DNA of 64,000 nucleotides from an uncultured Holophagales bacterium (GTDB taxonomy: Bacteria; Acidobacteriota; Thermoanaerobaculia; Multivoradales; UBA5704): assembly GCA_963842525.1 (NCBI GenBank), contig CAWJGT010000003.1, positions 1,184,001 to 1,248,000 on the forward strand, in the 5' to 3' direction. Below the pieces are notes generated by a model. The model was not told the origin of the DNA. It saw only the letters and a list, made by a program, of their open reading frames with translations, and ran no database searches. Shown here piece by piece: positions 29,749 through 38,867 of this stretch. Position 1 is the first letter of the stretch; the number at the start of each line of letters is the position of its first letter. Made by a program: the position numbers and the translations under genes.

Positions 29749-31470
29749 TCAGTGGCGCGTCATGCCCATGCCCAGCCCGAGCCCGGGCAATCCCGCCTGC
29801 TCCAGCATGTCGCGGGCGATCGAGGGGATCTGTACCGGCCGGGAGGTCATCACCGGCGATTCGCGCGGCTGCGACAGCTCCTCGACGCGGTCGTCGGACG
29901 TTGCGGTGTCGGCGAGCCACAGCTCGCAGGCGTTGACCAGGTCGTAGTCGGTGGGCTTGGTGGTGGCCTTCGGGCCGGCCGTCGACGGATACGCCGACAG
30001 CACCTCGTCGAGGTCGACGATGCGCGAGCTGGCCGGCCGGTTGAAGCGCTCCACGTTGTTGCCCAGCCAGGCGGTGATGATGGCGCCGCACGTCGCCAGC
30101 GTCCGGTAGCGTGCGCTGTTGCGGGCGCCGCCCAGCTCCAGCGTCGCCACTTGGTCGATCACCTGCCACATGTCGCGCGCCCCGTACGCGCCCATGACCT
30201 CCGGGTCGCCGAGGAGGTTGATCATCATTTGAATCTGGTCGCGCAGCTCGCGCGCGGCGAAGAAGGCCATCCCATACCCGTGCGACGACAGGTTGAGCGC
30301 GAGGTCGCGGGCCGCCTTGCGCACCTGCTGCTGGCTCAACGCGCCCGGCACGCGGTCGCGTACGTAATGATCGACCGTGCCCTGGCGCACCAGCTTGGAG
30401 ACCGAGGAGACGAAGCGGATCCACAGGTCGTTGAACTCCCGGTTCGTATTGCCGTTGCCGTCGCCGCCCGGGATTCCCAAGGTCAGCGCGTAGAAGTTGC
30501 GCCGCTCGGCCTCGGAGATCCGGTTCGGCGTGCTCTTCCAATAGTCATAGAGCATCCTGCCGGCCTTGCCGCTGCCGATGGGGAGCATGCCGTTTTGCGA
30601 CAGCTCGACCAGCTTTTCCACCACGGAGAAGGCTTTCAGCTCGTCGAACATCGCCGCGCAGATGATCGGCCCCATCAGCTTCACATTCTCGGACTGAATT
30701 TGATAATCGGTCGCATCGTTGAGGTCCGGCAACGAGATCCCGATGTCGGTGAACGGTTTTTCGACGCCTTCTCCCTGGATGGCGTCCAGGCATTCGTTGA
30801 CGCGCCGCTTGAGCTGCGGCTCGTCGGCCGTGATGCCCTTGCTGCGCAGACAACGGACGACCTGCGCGAGCTCGGCGGTGTCGACCACTCCAGCCACTTT
30901 GTCATCGTCGCTCTTGTCGCCCACGTCTTCGAGGATGGAAAGGACCAGCTTCGCCAGCTCGAAGCCGTCCTGTGTCTCGCCGAAGGCCGCATAGAAAGCT
31001 CTACTGAACCGGCCGTGCTCAGGGTCCGTCTTGTCTGCCACGATTTCAGGATCACCTGACTTGGGGGTAGGCTGCACGGTCAGGCGCGGGAGCCGAGCCC
31101 GATCGATCGCCAGCAGGCCGAGGACCAGCGAGACGGTGACGACGTCCTCGAACTCCAGGGCAGCCTTGGGAGCAGCCTTGGGGATGGCCTGCAGCTTTCC
31201 CTGGTCATGATTCACCAGGGTCTTGTCGGGAAGGACGCCGCTCAGGTTGAGGTAGTCGCGAGCGGCGACGTACAGCGGGTCGGCCACCTCGAGCTTCGGG
31301 GCCACGGCCAGGCGTTTGAGGAGCTTTTCGATCCGTTCGAGGTTCTCGTTCTCTTCCTTCGTCAGCGGCACCTTCTTTTTGAGGCGGTCCCTGTCGATCC
31401 GCAGAGTTTCTCGCTCCTCTTCGTCGCGCGCTACGAGGTCATGGAAAACGATGTCGGTCACGGCGGCCAT
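29749..31470 (-). CDS. Unknown helical family B protein 1 (573 aa, N-terminal extension)
   Basis: Long ORF with RBS; EAERRNFY, NREFNDLW, VRKAARDLALNL, YGARDMWQVI motifs. Confidence 0.85.
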   Translation of the reverse strand: MAAVTDIVFHDLVARDEEERETLRIDRDRLKKKVPLTKEENENLERIEKLLKRLAVAPKLEVADPLYVAARDYLNLSGVLPDKTLVNHDQGKLQAIPKAAPKAALEFEDVVTVSLVLGLLAIDRARLPRLTVQPTPKSGDPEIVADKTDPEHGRFSRAFYAAFGETQDGFELAKLVLSILEDVGDKSDDDKVAGVVDTAELAQVVRCLRSKGITADEPQLKRRVNECLDAIQGEGVEKPFTDIGISLPDLNDATDYQIQSENVKLMGPIICAAMFDELKAFSVVEKLVELSQNGMLPIGSGKAGRMLYDYWKSTPNRISEAERRNFYALTLGIPGGDGNGNTNREFNDLWIRFVSSVSKLVRQGTVDHYVRDRVPGALSQQQVRKAARDLALNLSSHGYGMAFFAARELRDQIQMMINLLGDPEVMGAYGARDMWQVIDQVATLELGGARNSARYRTLATCGAIITAWLGNNVERFNRPASSRIVDLDEVLSAYPSTAGPKATTKPTDYDLVNACELWLADTATSDDRVEELSQPRESPVMTSRPVQIPSIARDMLEQAGLPGLGLGMGMTRH

Positions 31471-31499
31471 TTTGCATCTCCTTGCTTTCAGGGTTCAGT

Positions 31500-32933
31500 T
31501 CATTCCTCGTCGACAGAGTACGCGTCCTCCGGGAGGGAGCTGTCGATGAAGGCGTCCAACGCCTGCAGCGCCGCATGGGAATCGAGCACTCCCGCGCCGC
31601 ACCCCGCGGGCGCCGGAGCCGGAAAGGGAGCGGCCGATTCCATCAGCAGGCTGCGCAGGCAAGCGCCGTCGACCGGCGTCGCGCGGCGCCGGGCGCGGGA
31701 GACCATCAGCGCCGCCGTGGCGGCCACGAAGGGTGCGGCGAAGCTGGTGCCGGTGGCAAGTTGGTACTCCGTGAGCGCGAGGGTGCGGACGCGCTCGCCC
31801 GGCGCGCACAGGGCCACATGCCCGCCGCGGGTGGAAAACGTGCTGGGTATGCCGCGCTCGCCGGCCGAGCCCACGGCGATCACGCCCGGATAGGCGGCCG
31901 GCCAGTAGCGCGTCTCCTTGCCGTTGTTGCCGCTCGCGGCCACCAGGATGCAGCCGTGATCGAGGGCGTACTCCACGACGTCCCGGTGCGGCTTCGGGCT
32001 TCCCGGCTCGAGGCTCGCGTCGTCCGTGCCGAAGCTCATGTTGATGACCTTGGCGCCCAGGTCCACTGCCATTTTCATGGCCATGTCAAGGTCGCTGATG
32101 GCGCCGATGCCGACGGCGTTCGTCTTGCCGGGGAAGCGCGCCGCGCCGAGCCCGCGCAACGGCAGGATGCAGGCCTCGCCGGCCAGGCCGGGCGGCATCG
32201 CCACGCCGAGCGCGCCGATGATGCCGGCGCAGCCCATGCCATGGCCGACGAAACGGTCCACCGGGCTCGCATCCGCCCGCGACGAGTCGCCCAGGAGCTC
32301 GAGCCCGAGCGCCACGTCCGAGCGGCCGAGCTGCACGGTGTCGTAGCCGGCGCGCAGCCGCCCCGCCAGCTCGGGATGGTCCGGCGCCACACCGCTGTCC
32401 ACCACCGCAACGATCACCGCGGGATCGCCCTGCTCGTAGGCGAGCGCCTCCGCCGCGTGCACCTGCTGCCAGGGCGCCCATTCCAGCTCGTTCTCGGCGC
32501 CGGCCGACAGCTCGAAGGGGGTGACGCAGCAATAGTTGGGCGAAGCGGCCTCCACGATGGCGACCTGGCTGAGCGAGTCCACCAGCGGCTCGATCGCGGT
32601 GCCCGCGGGCACGTCGATGCGGAAGGTGCGGGCGAGGCCGAAGATCTGCTCGCGGTCGTCGAAGCCCTGATGCCGCTCGCCGGGCCGGCCGAGGCTCGCG
32701 GCTGCCGCGTGCACCCGCGCCACCCGCAGGCCGCCGGCGAAGTGGCGCACGATGCGGTCCACCACGCCGCCGTCCAGCTTTTCTCTGGCGGGCAGGTACC
32801 CGGGGCGCACGTCCAGGGCCGTCGGGATCGCTTCGGGAGCCTCGCCCAGCGCGAGCTTCAGCACCACGCTGCCCGGCAGGCAGTAGGCGCGTCCGTGGGT
32901 GGCCCAGGGCATGGCGAGCGCGCTGGATTTCAT
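31500..32933 (-). CDS. S8 subtilisin-like serine peptidase, no signal peptide
   Basis: Triad VAVVDSG / GHGMGCAG / TGTSFAAP; oxyanion AASGN; ATGA coupling. Confidence 0.93.
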   Translation of the reverse strand: MKSSALAMPWATHGRAYCLPGSVVLKLALGEAPEAIPTALDVRPGYLPAREKLDGGVVDRIVRHFAGGLRVARVHAAAASLGRPGERHQGFDDREQIFGLARTFRIDVPAGTAIEPLVDSLSQVAIVEAASPNYCCVTPFELSAGAENELEWAPWQQVHAAEALAYEQGDPAVIVAVVDSGVAPDHPELAGRLRAGYDTVQLGRSDVALGLELLGDSSRADASPVDRFVGHGMGCAGIIGALGVAMPPGLAGEACILPLRGLGAARFPGKTNAVGIGAISDLDMAMKMAVDLGAKVINMSFGTDDASLEPGSPKPHRDVVEYALDHGCILVAASGNNGKETRYWPAAYPGVIAVGSAGERGIPSTFSTRGGHVALCAPGERVRTLALTEYQLATGTSFAAPFVAATAALMVSRARRRATPVDGACLRSLLMESAAPFPAPAPAGCGAGVLDSHAALQALDAFIDSSLPEDAYSVDEE

Positions 32934-33737
32934 AACGCACCTCCTGGGTCGCCCGACCCTCTGGTGCCATTGCCGCCGTTGCCGCCGCGCCAGAAAGGGC
33001 GCAGATCGAAGGCCATGGCGGCGGCCCGCTGCGGTGCGGGCTCGACGACGAGCTCGCCGGCCATCTGGTGCGCCAGCGGCGCGATCACCAGCTCGCGCTC
33101 GTCGGCGCGCACCACGCTCACGGGCTCTCCTCCCACCGTGACGCGCGGCAGGCCCTCCTTCATCAGGTTCCGGCCGCGGATGCGCACCAGGTTGGGCAGG
33201 CCCGCGGCCTCCTCGTGCGACGGCGGCACCGGCAGCACGTGCTCCACCAGCGGCGCCGAGGCGCGCTCCAGGGCGTTGCGCAGGCGGTCCACCGGCAGGT
33301 TGGTGACGCGCCCCACGGTGCGCGAATCCCCCCGCTCTTCGATCTCGCGCAGCTTCGACACGGTGCGCACGCCCACCCATTCGAGCCGGCGCCGCTCGTC
33401 CTCTGAGAGGTCGTCCTTGAGCTCGTCGATCGATCTCTCCTGGGGGTCTTCCGAGAAGGCGATGGCGTTCTCCTCGATCATCGGCCGCGTGATGGCGGCG
33501 AATTCGAGATGGAAGACGCTCGCTTCCTTGTCGCTGGCGCTCGCCGGCCGGATGCGGATCTCCGAGCGGGCAAACTCCACGTGGGCGCGCAGGTCGAGCT
33601 TGATGTCACGGATGGCGAAAGTGAGCGGAAGGTCGAGGTTGCGCGCCTTGACCGCCATCGCCGTCTGGGCGTTGTCGAGCTGGCTCTGCACCGCCTGGAT
33701 GAAGTGCTCCAGAGGCAGGGTGGAGTCAGAAGCTCAC
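32930..33737 (-). CDS. Trypco/Pepco-like N-domain + helix-hairpin + IPT/TIG domain protein (start uncertain)
   Basis: LEHFIQAVQSQLDNAQ...LTFAIRDIKLDLRAHV; LSEDERRRLEWVGVRTVSKL; VRIRGRNL..PRVTVGG; open frame begins directly after the TGA of the upstream gene. Confidence 0.65.
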
Positions 33738-33982
33738 GAGGCCTCCCTTTTCGCCCAGACGACGTGCAGGCGAGCCGGCGGCGTGTCGAAGACGGTGCGG
33801 GTGATGGTGCGCGGCACGTCGCCGAGCAGCTCGATCTCGTCCCCCGCGCGATGCCACGCGACCTCGATGGGAAGGTCGACCTCAATGGCCTGCACCAGGA
33901 GGCCCGGCGCCGCGGCCAGGGCGTCCAACGTGCCCGCGGCCACCTCGGCGAGCATGTTGGCGAGGGTGCGGCGAGCGGTCAT
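33734..33982 (-). CDS. Small unknown protein (82 aa) of the operon
   Basis: ATGA-coupled; MTARRTLANMLAEVAAG...IEVDLPIEV...DVPRTITRTVFD. Confidence 0.7.
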   Translation of the reverse strand: MTARRTLANMLAEVAAGTLDALAAAPGLLVQAIEVDLPIEVAWHRAGDEIELLGDVPRTITRTVFDTPPARLHVVWAKREAS

Positions 33983-35043
33983 CGCGTGCCTCCGGCGGGC
34001 GGTGCGGCAGGTGCCGGCGGGGTGGCAGGCGCCGTTTCGGGTGCTGCCGGCGGTGCTGCCGGTCGTGGTGCGGTGATACTGGCCGCGGCCCGCGCGTGCC
34101 GTTCCAGCAGGGTGCGCTTGGCTTCGTCGACGAAGCGGTCGAGGGGGACCGTCTCGCTGGCGAAGTTGATCTTCACCTCGCCGAAGAGCTCGGCCTTGAG
34201 CTCGCTGTCGGTCTGTGCGTTGACGCCCACCGTGGACACCTTGGTGGAGGGCAGCGAAAACGTGCGGCTGCCGCGCCGGCCCCACTCGCTGCCGCTACCG
34301 CCCGGATCGTCCGACACCGCATAGTCCACCTTGGCGTGGTCGGCCGCCGCGGCGCGAAAGCGCAGCCGTGCGCCGATGCTGCCGTCCTTCACCACGACGC
34401 GGTGCATGCCGAGCAGGACCATGGTCGACAGGGTCTGCAGCCGGTTGCGCGCCACGCGCTCGCGTGCCCGCGGCACGAGCTGCTCTTCGACGAGCTCGGG
34501 CGTCAGCTCCTCGCCGGCGAGCCCGAAGTCGGCCAGCCATTCGGGCGGCGGGGGAGCTTCTTCGTCTTCGGCGGCCTGCTTGCGAGGCAGGACGCGCGGG
34601 GACTCCGCGTCCCGCAGCAGGACGAGGTCGTGCGGATATTGCTCCACCAGCCAATCGCGAGCCTGGTTGAGCGAAACGTTTTCCTGGGTAAACTGATCGA
34701 TCGGCTTGGCGACCGCCGCCACGAGGTCGGCAAAGCTTTCCATCTGGCGGATGGCGGAATCGACGATCGCGTCGAAAGTACCGTGCACCAGCGAGGCGAC
34801 GAACTCGGGAAAATCCAATTCATCAGACAGCGCCCCCGCGCGCCGGCCGATCGTCTCGGTCGCCGCCTCCCGCTTGGAGCCCGAACCGTTCCCGTCAAAG
34901 GTTGGCTCCGGTGAGGCCGGCTCGGGCTCGTCGATCTCCCGCCCGAAGGCATCGCGCGCCAGCGACTGCGCAACAGGCGCCGCCTCGGCCCGGCGCACGG
35001 CCGGCGGCGGCGGAGGCAGTCTCTTGTCGTTCCCGTGGGCCAC
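33979..35043 (-). CDS. Unknown family A protein 1 (lacks helical leader)
   Basis: LDFPEFVASLVHGTFDAIVDSAIRQM, LSTMVLLGMHRVVVKDG, GEVKINFASETVPL. Confidence 0.85.
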   Translation of the reverse strand: MAHGNDKRLPPPPPAVRRAEAAPVAQSLARDAFGREIDEPEPASPEPTFDGNGSGSKREAATETIGRRAGALSDELDFPEFVASLVHGTFDAIVDSAIRQMESFADLVAAVAKPIDQFTQENVSLNQARDWLVEQYPHDLVLLRDAESPRVLPRKQAAEDEEAPPPPEWLADFGLAGEELTPELVEEQLVPRARERVARNRLQTLSTMVLLGMHRVVVKDGSIGARLRFRAAAADHAKVDYAVSDDPGGSGSEWGRRGSRTFSLPSTKVSTVGVNAQTDSELKAELFGEVKINFASETVPLDRFVDEAKRTLLERHARAAASITAPRPAAPPAAPETAPATPPAPAAPPAGGTR

Positions 35044-35064
35044 GTTCGGCTCCGTTCCTTCGGA

Positions 35065-38000
35065 TCAGTGAACCAACGCCGTCTGCCACCTGCTGCGGCG
35101 CTCGAGCTGTCCATCACCGTAAAGGGTCAATTCGGTAATTCCCAACGGCGTAGAGCCGTCCGGCGCCGTGAAGCGGTACTCGATCTGCACCTTCAGCGTC
35201 GAGATCCCCGCACCGTTCGTGCCCGGCGGCACGGGCTCGTCCAGGATGCGGGCGTGCACGTCGAGCGTGACGCTGTTGGCATTGCGAGCCTCGCCCGCGG
35301 CGATGCGGATGTTGCCGACGCCGCCCGATTCGAACTCCCAATCGACCGTCAGCGGCAGGCTGGCGGGACCGTCGCTTCCTTCCACATAGGGCCAGTCGCT
35401 CAGCCGCACCGTTGGCGTAATGCAGGACGCTGCGCCCGGCGCCACTCCCGGCGGCCGTTTGAAGCCGCGCAACTGGTCGAGCTGCCAGCGGATGTTGCCG
35501 GCCGCTCCCTCCACGCGCTCGATCGCAGCGCCTGGGAACAGGGGAGGTACGATGGCGCCGGTCGCCTCGTCGAGAGCGACGGCGCGGCGTATCTGCTGGT
35601 GGAGAGGCGCCCCGTTGCTCGGCGCCGGCGCGGCCTGCGCGAGCGCCAGCGACTGAGCGGCGGTTGCCTGCACGGCTTCGAAGACCTGGATCGGCAACAC
35701 GCCGAGCCCCACGCCCAGGCCGAAGGTGACGCCCTGGAAGCGCCACGAGGTATCGAACAACGCCTGGGCGCTGACCGAAACGCCCAGATCCACTTCCACC
35801 CCGGTCGCCCAACTGATGCCGGAGAAGCTCTCGATGCCGCCGGAGACAATGGTGAACTGGAGCTCCACCGACGCGCTTGCGAGGATGAGGCCGGTGCGAA
35901 TGTCGAACTGGCCGTAGAAGCCGATCTCGTCGTCGGGCGCGAAGATGATGCCCGCGCCCCCTCCGCCGCCGACCAGGATGAAGCCGACGTTCGCCGTCGG
36001 GCCGATGGCGATGCTCACGTTGTAGCGGTTCGCCGCCGCGCGCACCATCGCGACCAGCGCCGACGCGGGGAACAGCGCGGCGAGCGCTACCTCCCTTTCC
36101 CACCACGACGCCTCGTCCGTCGGCGGAAAGCGAGCCGGACGGCGCTCGGTCCCCAGGGCGCGCACTACGCCCCGGCCTTGTGGCAGTGTCGGCGCGGCGC
36201 TCGCGGCGCTGGCCAGCGGCGCCGAAGGACCGAGAAATGCCTGGAGGTCCTCGGCAGGCACCCCCTGAGAGAGCAGGCGGGTTACGAGCTCCACTAGGCT
36301 GGGGCCGATCTCGCCGGCCCGGGCGATGACCTGCTCGGCGCTCGCCGCGCTGAAGGCGCGAGCGCTCTGGACCACCTGCACCGCGGGGAGGCTGGCCGCC
36401 ATAGCATAACCGCGTGGCGTGGTCTGACGGTTGGGCGTGTAGCGACGGGCGTACGGGATACCATTCTCATCGCTGCCGGCGTGCGAAATCTGCACATTCA
36501 CCGCCCCTGTGGGCGAAACGGTCACGCGGTCCTCGTACTCGCGCACGAAGCTCTCCCACGTCAGGATGTAGCGGCTGCCCCTATTGTGGGTTCCCAGATT
36601 GGGACCGAGCGTACCGATCGTAGGAGCCGGACCAAAATCCCAGGGATCGGCGATGCGCACAAAGGTGTCGGAGCCGTCCGGCGCGCCGTCGCTGTACATG
36701 CCGGTGACGACGATGGCATGGCCGTTACCGGATCGCGCTATGCCGATCCACAGCGGGCCGCACGTTTCCAGCAGATTGCGAAAGGCGTCGAGGGAGTAGG
36801 ACTGGGGCTCTTCATACGCGAGCCCGATATCGATTGCAAACTGCTGCCGCTCGCTGGCATAGAAATTGGTTGTGGTGGTACGACCCTGGCTCACGGCAAC
36901 GTATTCGGGCGTCACCGTTCGATGATCCCGCCAGCCCAGAACCATGGCCGCCGCGGTAGCCCAGCAGGAATTGCCGGTCGGCTGGTTAATGAGATTCACA
37001 TCCCAGTTGATCGAGAAGGACTCGTTTGCCAGCGGACGCGCGACGCTGCGGCTGGCTGCCATGGCATAACCGGCTGGTGCGGTCTGACGGTTTGGCACAT
37101 GGCTGCCGATGCCGCCCGCGTGCAGGATCTGCACATTCACCGCGCCCGTGGGCGAAACGCTGGAGCGGTTCTGGTACTCGCGCACGAAAGTGTCCCATGT
37201 CAGGATGTAGCGGCTACCCGTGTTGTGTGTCCTAAGATTGGGGCCGAGGGTGCCAACCGGAGCCGGACCGAAGTCCCAGGGATCGGTGATGCGGACGTAA
37301 GTGTCGGAACCGTCAGGCGCGCCGTCGCTGTACATGCCGGTGACGACGACGACATGGCCGCCGCGGCCTCGCTGTACGCTCACCCAGAGCGGCCCGCACC
37401 TTTCGAGCATGTCGCGAAAGCCCTCGATGCTATAGGACTTGGGCGCCTCGTAGATGAGCCCGACCTCCTCGGCGAACAGCCTCCGATCGTCGCGATCCAG
37501 CCCATTCTGCAGTGTGCGGCCGGCTACTTGACCAATGTATTGGGGGTCGACCGACGCATCGTCTCGCCAACCGAGCACCATCGCTGCGGCGGTGGCCCAG
37601 CAAGACATATCGGTCGGCTGGTTGATGGGCTGCACGCCGTCCCAGTTGATCGAGAAAGACTCATTCGCCAGCGCCATGGGCGCCGGCGTGCTCGCGGAAA
37701 CTGGCGGCGGAGGAGGCGCCAGCGGACCGAAGCCGTCGTCGTAAGCCGGCGCGGCGGCCGGCGCGTGGCCATTACCGCCGGGGGCCGCGGGCGCCGGTCT
37801 CATGGCGCCTGCCGCAGGCTCCTGACCGGGAGCAGCGGCGTCGCCGGCCCACTCCAGCGCGCTCTTGCCATCGGCACCGTAGCCTGCCGCGCGCTGCTGG
37901 CGGCTCGGCACCACCCTCACCCGTTTGAGGCTCCGTCCGGTCAAACCCTGGAGCGAGATGTACGGGCTTCCCTCGCTCGGCATCACCGCCACCTGCGGCG

Positions 38001-38319
38001 CCGTGCCGTTGCGCTCCGGCATGGTGGCGAGGCCGAAATAGAGGCGGCCCTGGCCGATGAAGCGTGCCAGCACCTCGGGCGGTACGACATAGATCGCCTC
38101 GCCGCGCGGCACCAGCAGCGGCCCGCCGGCGCGGCTGGAATAGAAGTTGCCGCCGGTGCGCTCCGCCTTCTTGTCAGGGCGGAACAAGGAAGGGTCCGTC
38201 GCGACCGCCACCTCGGCGCGCTGGGGCGATCCGTCCGTACGGATCGTGAAACCGAGCATCGGAAACCGGTCGCTGACCTCGAGCCGGTTGGGACGAATCT
38301 GAGCGGCCATGACCATCAC
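35065..38319 (-). CDS. 1084-aa modular protein with two papain-like (AvrRpt2/C39-like) cysteine protease domains
   Basis: Twice: QPT.xSCWA, GPLW, GH(V/A)(V/I)VVTGM, DPW (Cys-His-Asp intact); separate N- and C-terminal domains and a Gly-rich beta module. Confidence 0.85.
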   Translation of the reverse strand: MMVMAAQIRPNRLEVSDRFPMLGFTIRTDGSPQRAEVAVATDPSLFRPDKKAERTGGNFYSSRAGGPLLVPRGEAIYVVPPEVLARFIGQGRLYFGLATMPERNGTAPQVAVMPSEGSPYISLQGLTGRSLKRVRVVPSRQQRAAGYGADGKSALEWAGDAAAPGQEPAAGAMRPAPAAPGGNGHAPAAAPAYDDGFGPLAPPPPPVSASTPAPMALANESFSINWDGVQPINQPTDMSCWATAAAMVLGWRDDASVDPQYIGQVAGRTLQNGLDRDDRRLFAEEVGLIYEAPKSYSIEGFRDMLERCGPLWVSVQRGRGGHVVVVTGMYSDGAPDGSDTYVRITDPWDFGPAPVGTLGPNLRTHNTGSRYILTWDTFVREYQNRSSVSPTGAVNVQILHAGGIGSHVPNRQTAPAGYAMAASRSVARPLANESFSINWDVNLINQPTGNSCWATAAAMVLGWRDHRTVTPEYVAVSQGRTTTTNFYASERQQFAIDIGLAYEEPQSYSLDAFRNLLETCGPLWIGIARSGNGHAIVVTGMYSDGAPDGSDTFVRIADPWDFGPAPTIGTLGPNLGTHNRGSRYILTWESFVREYEDRVTVSPTGAVNVQISHAGSDENGIPYARRYTPNRQTTPRGYAMAASLPAVQVVQSARAFSAASAEQVIARAGEIGPSLVELVTRLLSQGVPAEDLQAFLGPSAPLASAASAAPTLPQGRGVVRALGTERRPARFPPTDEASWWEREVALAALFPASALVAMVRAAANRYNVSIAIGPTANVGFILVGGGGGAGIIFAPDDEIGFYGQFDIRTGLILASASVELQFTIVSGGIESFSGISWATGVEVDLGVSVSAQALFDTSWRFQGVTFGLGVGLGVLPIQVFEAVQATAAQSLALAQAAPAPSNGAPLHQQIRRAVALDEATGAIVPPLFPGAAIERVEGAAGNIRWQLDQLRGFKRPPGVAPGAASCITPTVRLSDWPYVEGSDGPASLPLTVDWEFESGGVGNIRIAAGEARNANSVTLDVHARILDEPVPPGTNGAGISTLKVQIEYRFTAPDGSTPLGITELTLYGDGQLERRSRWQTALVH
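36391..37665 (-). repeat. Intragenic tandem duplication of the ~640-bp protease module
   Basis: Both units run from LANESFSINWD to GYAMAAS. Confidence 0.88.
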
Positions 38320-38696
38320 CTCTTCCGGGTTGAGAGTTGGACGGGCACCATGGAAAGATCGCTCGCGTCATCGCGGCGGACGTCCACGGCCCGGCGTTCG
38401 AAATCGGGCAGCGAGCGCAGGACCGTCGCGAGCGGATCCGGCGCGTCCGCGACGTCAGTGATCAGTCCGTTGTCGGTCTCGTACTGGCCTACCGCGTTGT
38501 GCAGCATCGTGGCGAACAGCTTGGCGTGGGTCGGCCCCATCGCAATGCGGGTGTGCAGCATGACGTTCGACACCTCCGGCTGGAGCTGGCCGAAATCGAT
38601 CAGGAATTCGTAGGGGTTGTGCCCCACCTCGAAATAGTTGGTATAGCGGGCCAGCGGCGCGCGCGCGGAGCGGGTGGATGGACGTTTGATCGGCAT
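38316..38696 (-). CDS. DUF3467-like protein, first gene of the sigma-54 operon
   Basis: YTNYFEVGHNPYEFLIDFGQ...RIAMGPTHAKLF...YE...G pattern. Confidence 0.75.
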   Translation of the reverse strand: MPIKRPSTRSARAPLARYTNYFEVGHNPYEFLIDFGQLQPEVSNVMLHTRIAMGPTHAKLFATMLHNAVGQYETDNGLITDVADAPDPLATVLRSLPDFERRAVDVRRDDASDLSMVPVQLSTRKR

Positions 38697-38727
38697 GCTC
38701 GGCTCGTGTCCTCGCCGCCTCCAGAGG

Positions 38728-38744
38728 GGCAAGCCGCATGCCAG
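38728..38744 (-). promoter_or_regulatory. Sigma-54 -24/-12 promoter
   Basis: Minus strand CTGGCATGCGGCTTGC: GG-N10-GC matching TGGCAC-N5-TTGC, ~32 bp upstream of the ATG. Confidence 0.85.
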
Positions 38745-38759
38745 CCGGGCGGCCGACGC

Positions 38760-38867
38760 CAACCGCTTGTTGCAATTGAGTTTCCGGCGCGCGGGGCGGC
38801 ACGCGGCGTCACGCGGCGTCACGCGAAGGTGTCGCACAGGGACGAGCAGAGGGTTACAGGTGTGACA
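38760..38867. promoter_or_regulatory. Putative IHF site and upstream activator sequences
   Basis: Minus CAACAAGCGGTTG with adjacent AT tract (2 mismatches to WATCAAN4TTR); repeated YGTCRCRC at ~38807, 38817, 38830 and inverted at 38860. Confidence 0.5.

Noticed and set aside
28675-32933. Cyanobactin/RiPP biosynthetic cluster
   Set aside because: S8 plus prenyltransferase-like pair is suggestive, but there is no precursor peptide, YcaO or PatG-type macrocyclase context.
31482-34076. 864-aa plus-strand ORF and similar long antisense ORFs (e.g. 8571-11240, 24255-26228, 36481-38613)
   Set aside because: Shadow ORFs opposite well-supported genes in high-GC DNA; no motifs.
23820-38319. eCIS/T6SS/prophage structural operon
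   Set aside because: No recognisable sheath, tube, baseplate, VgrG/PAAR, capsid or terminase motifs; the DUF4157 gene is 11 kb away in a separate insertion.
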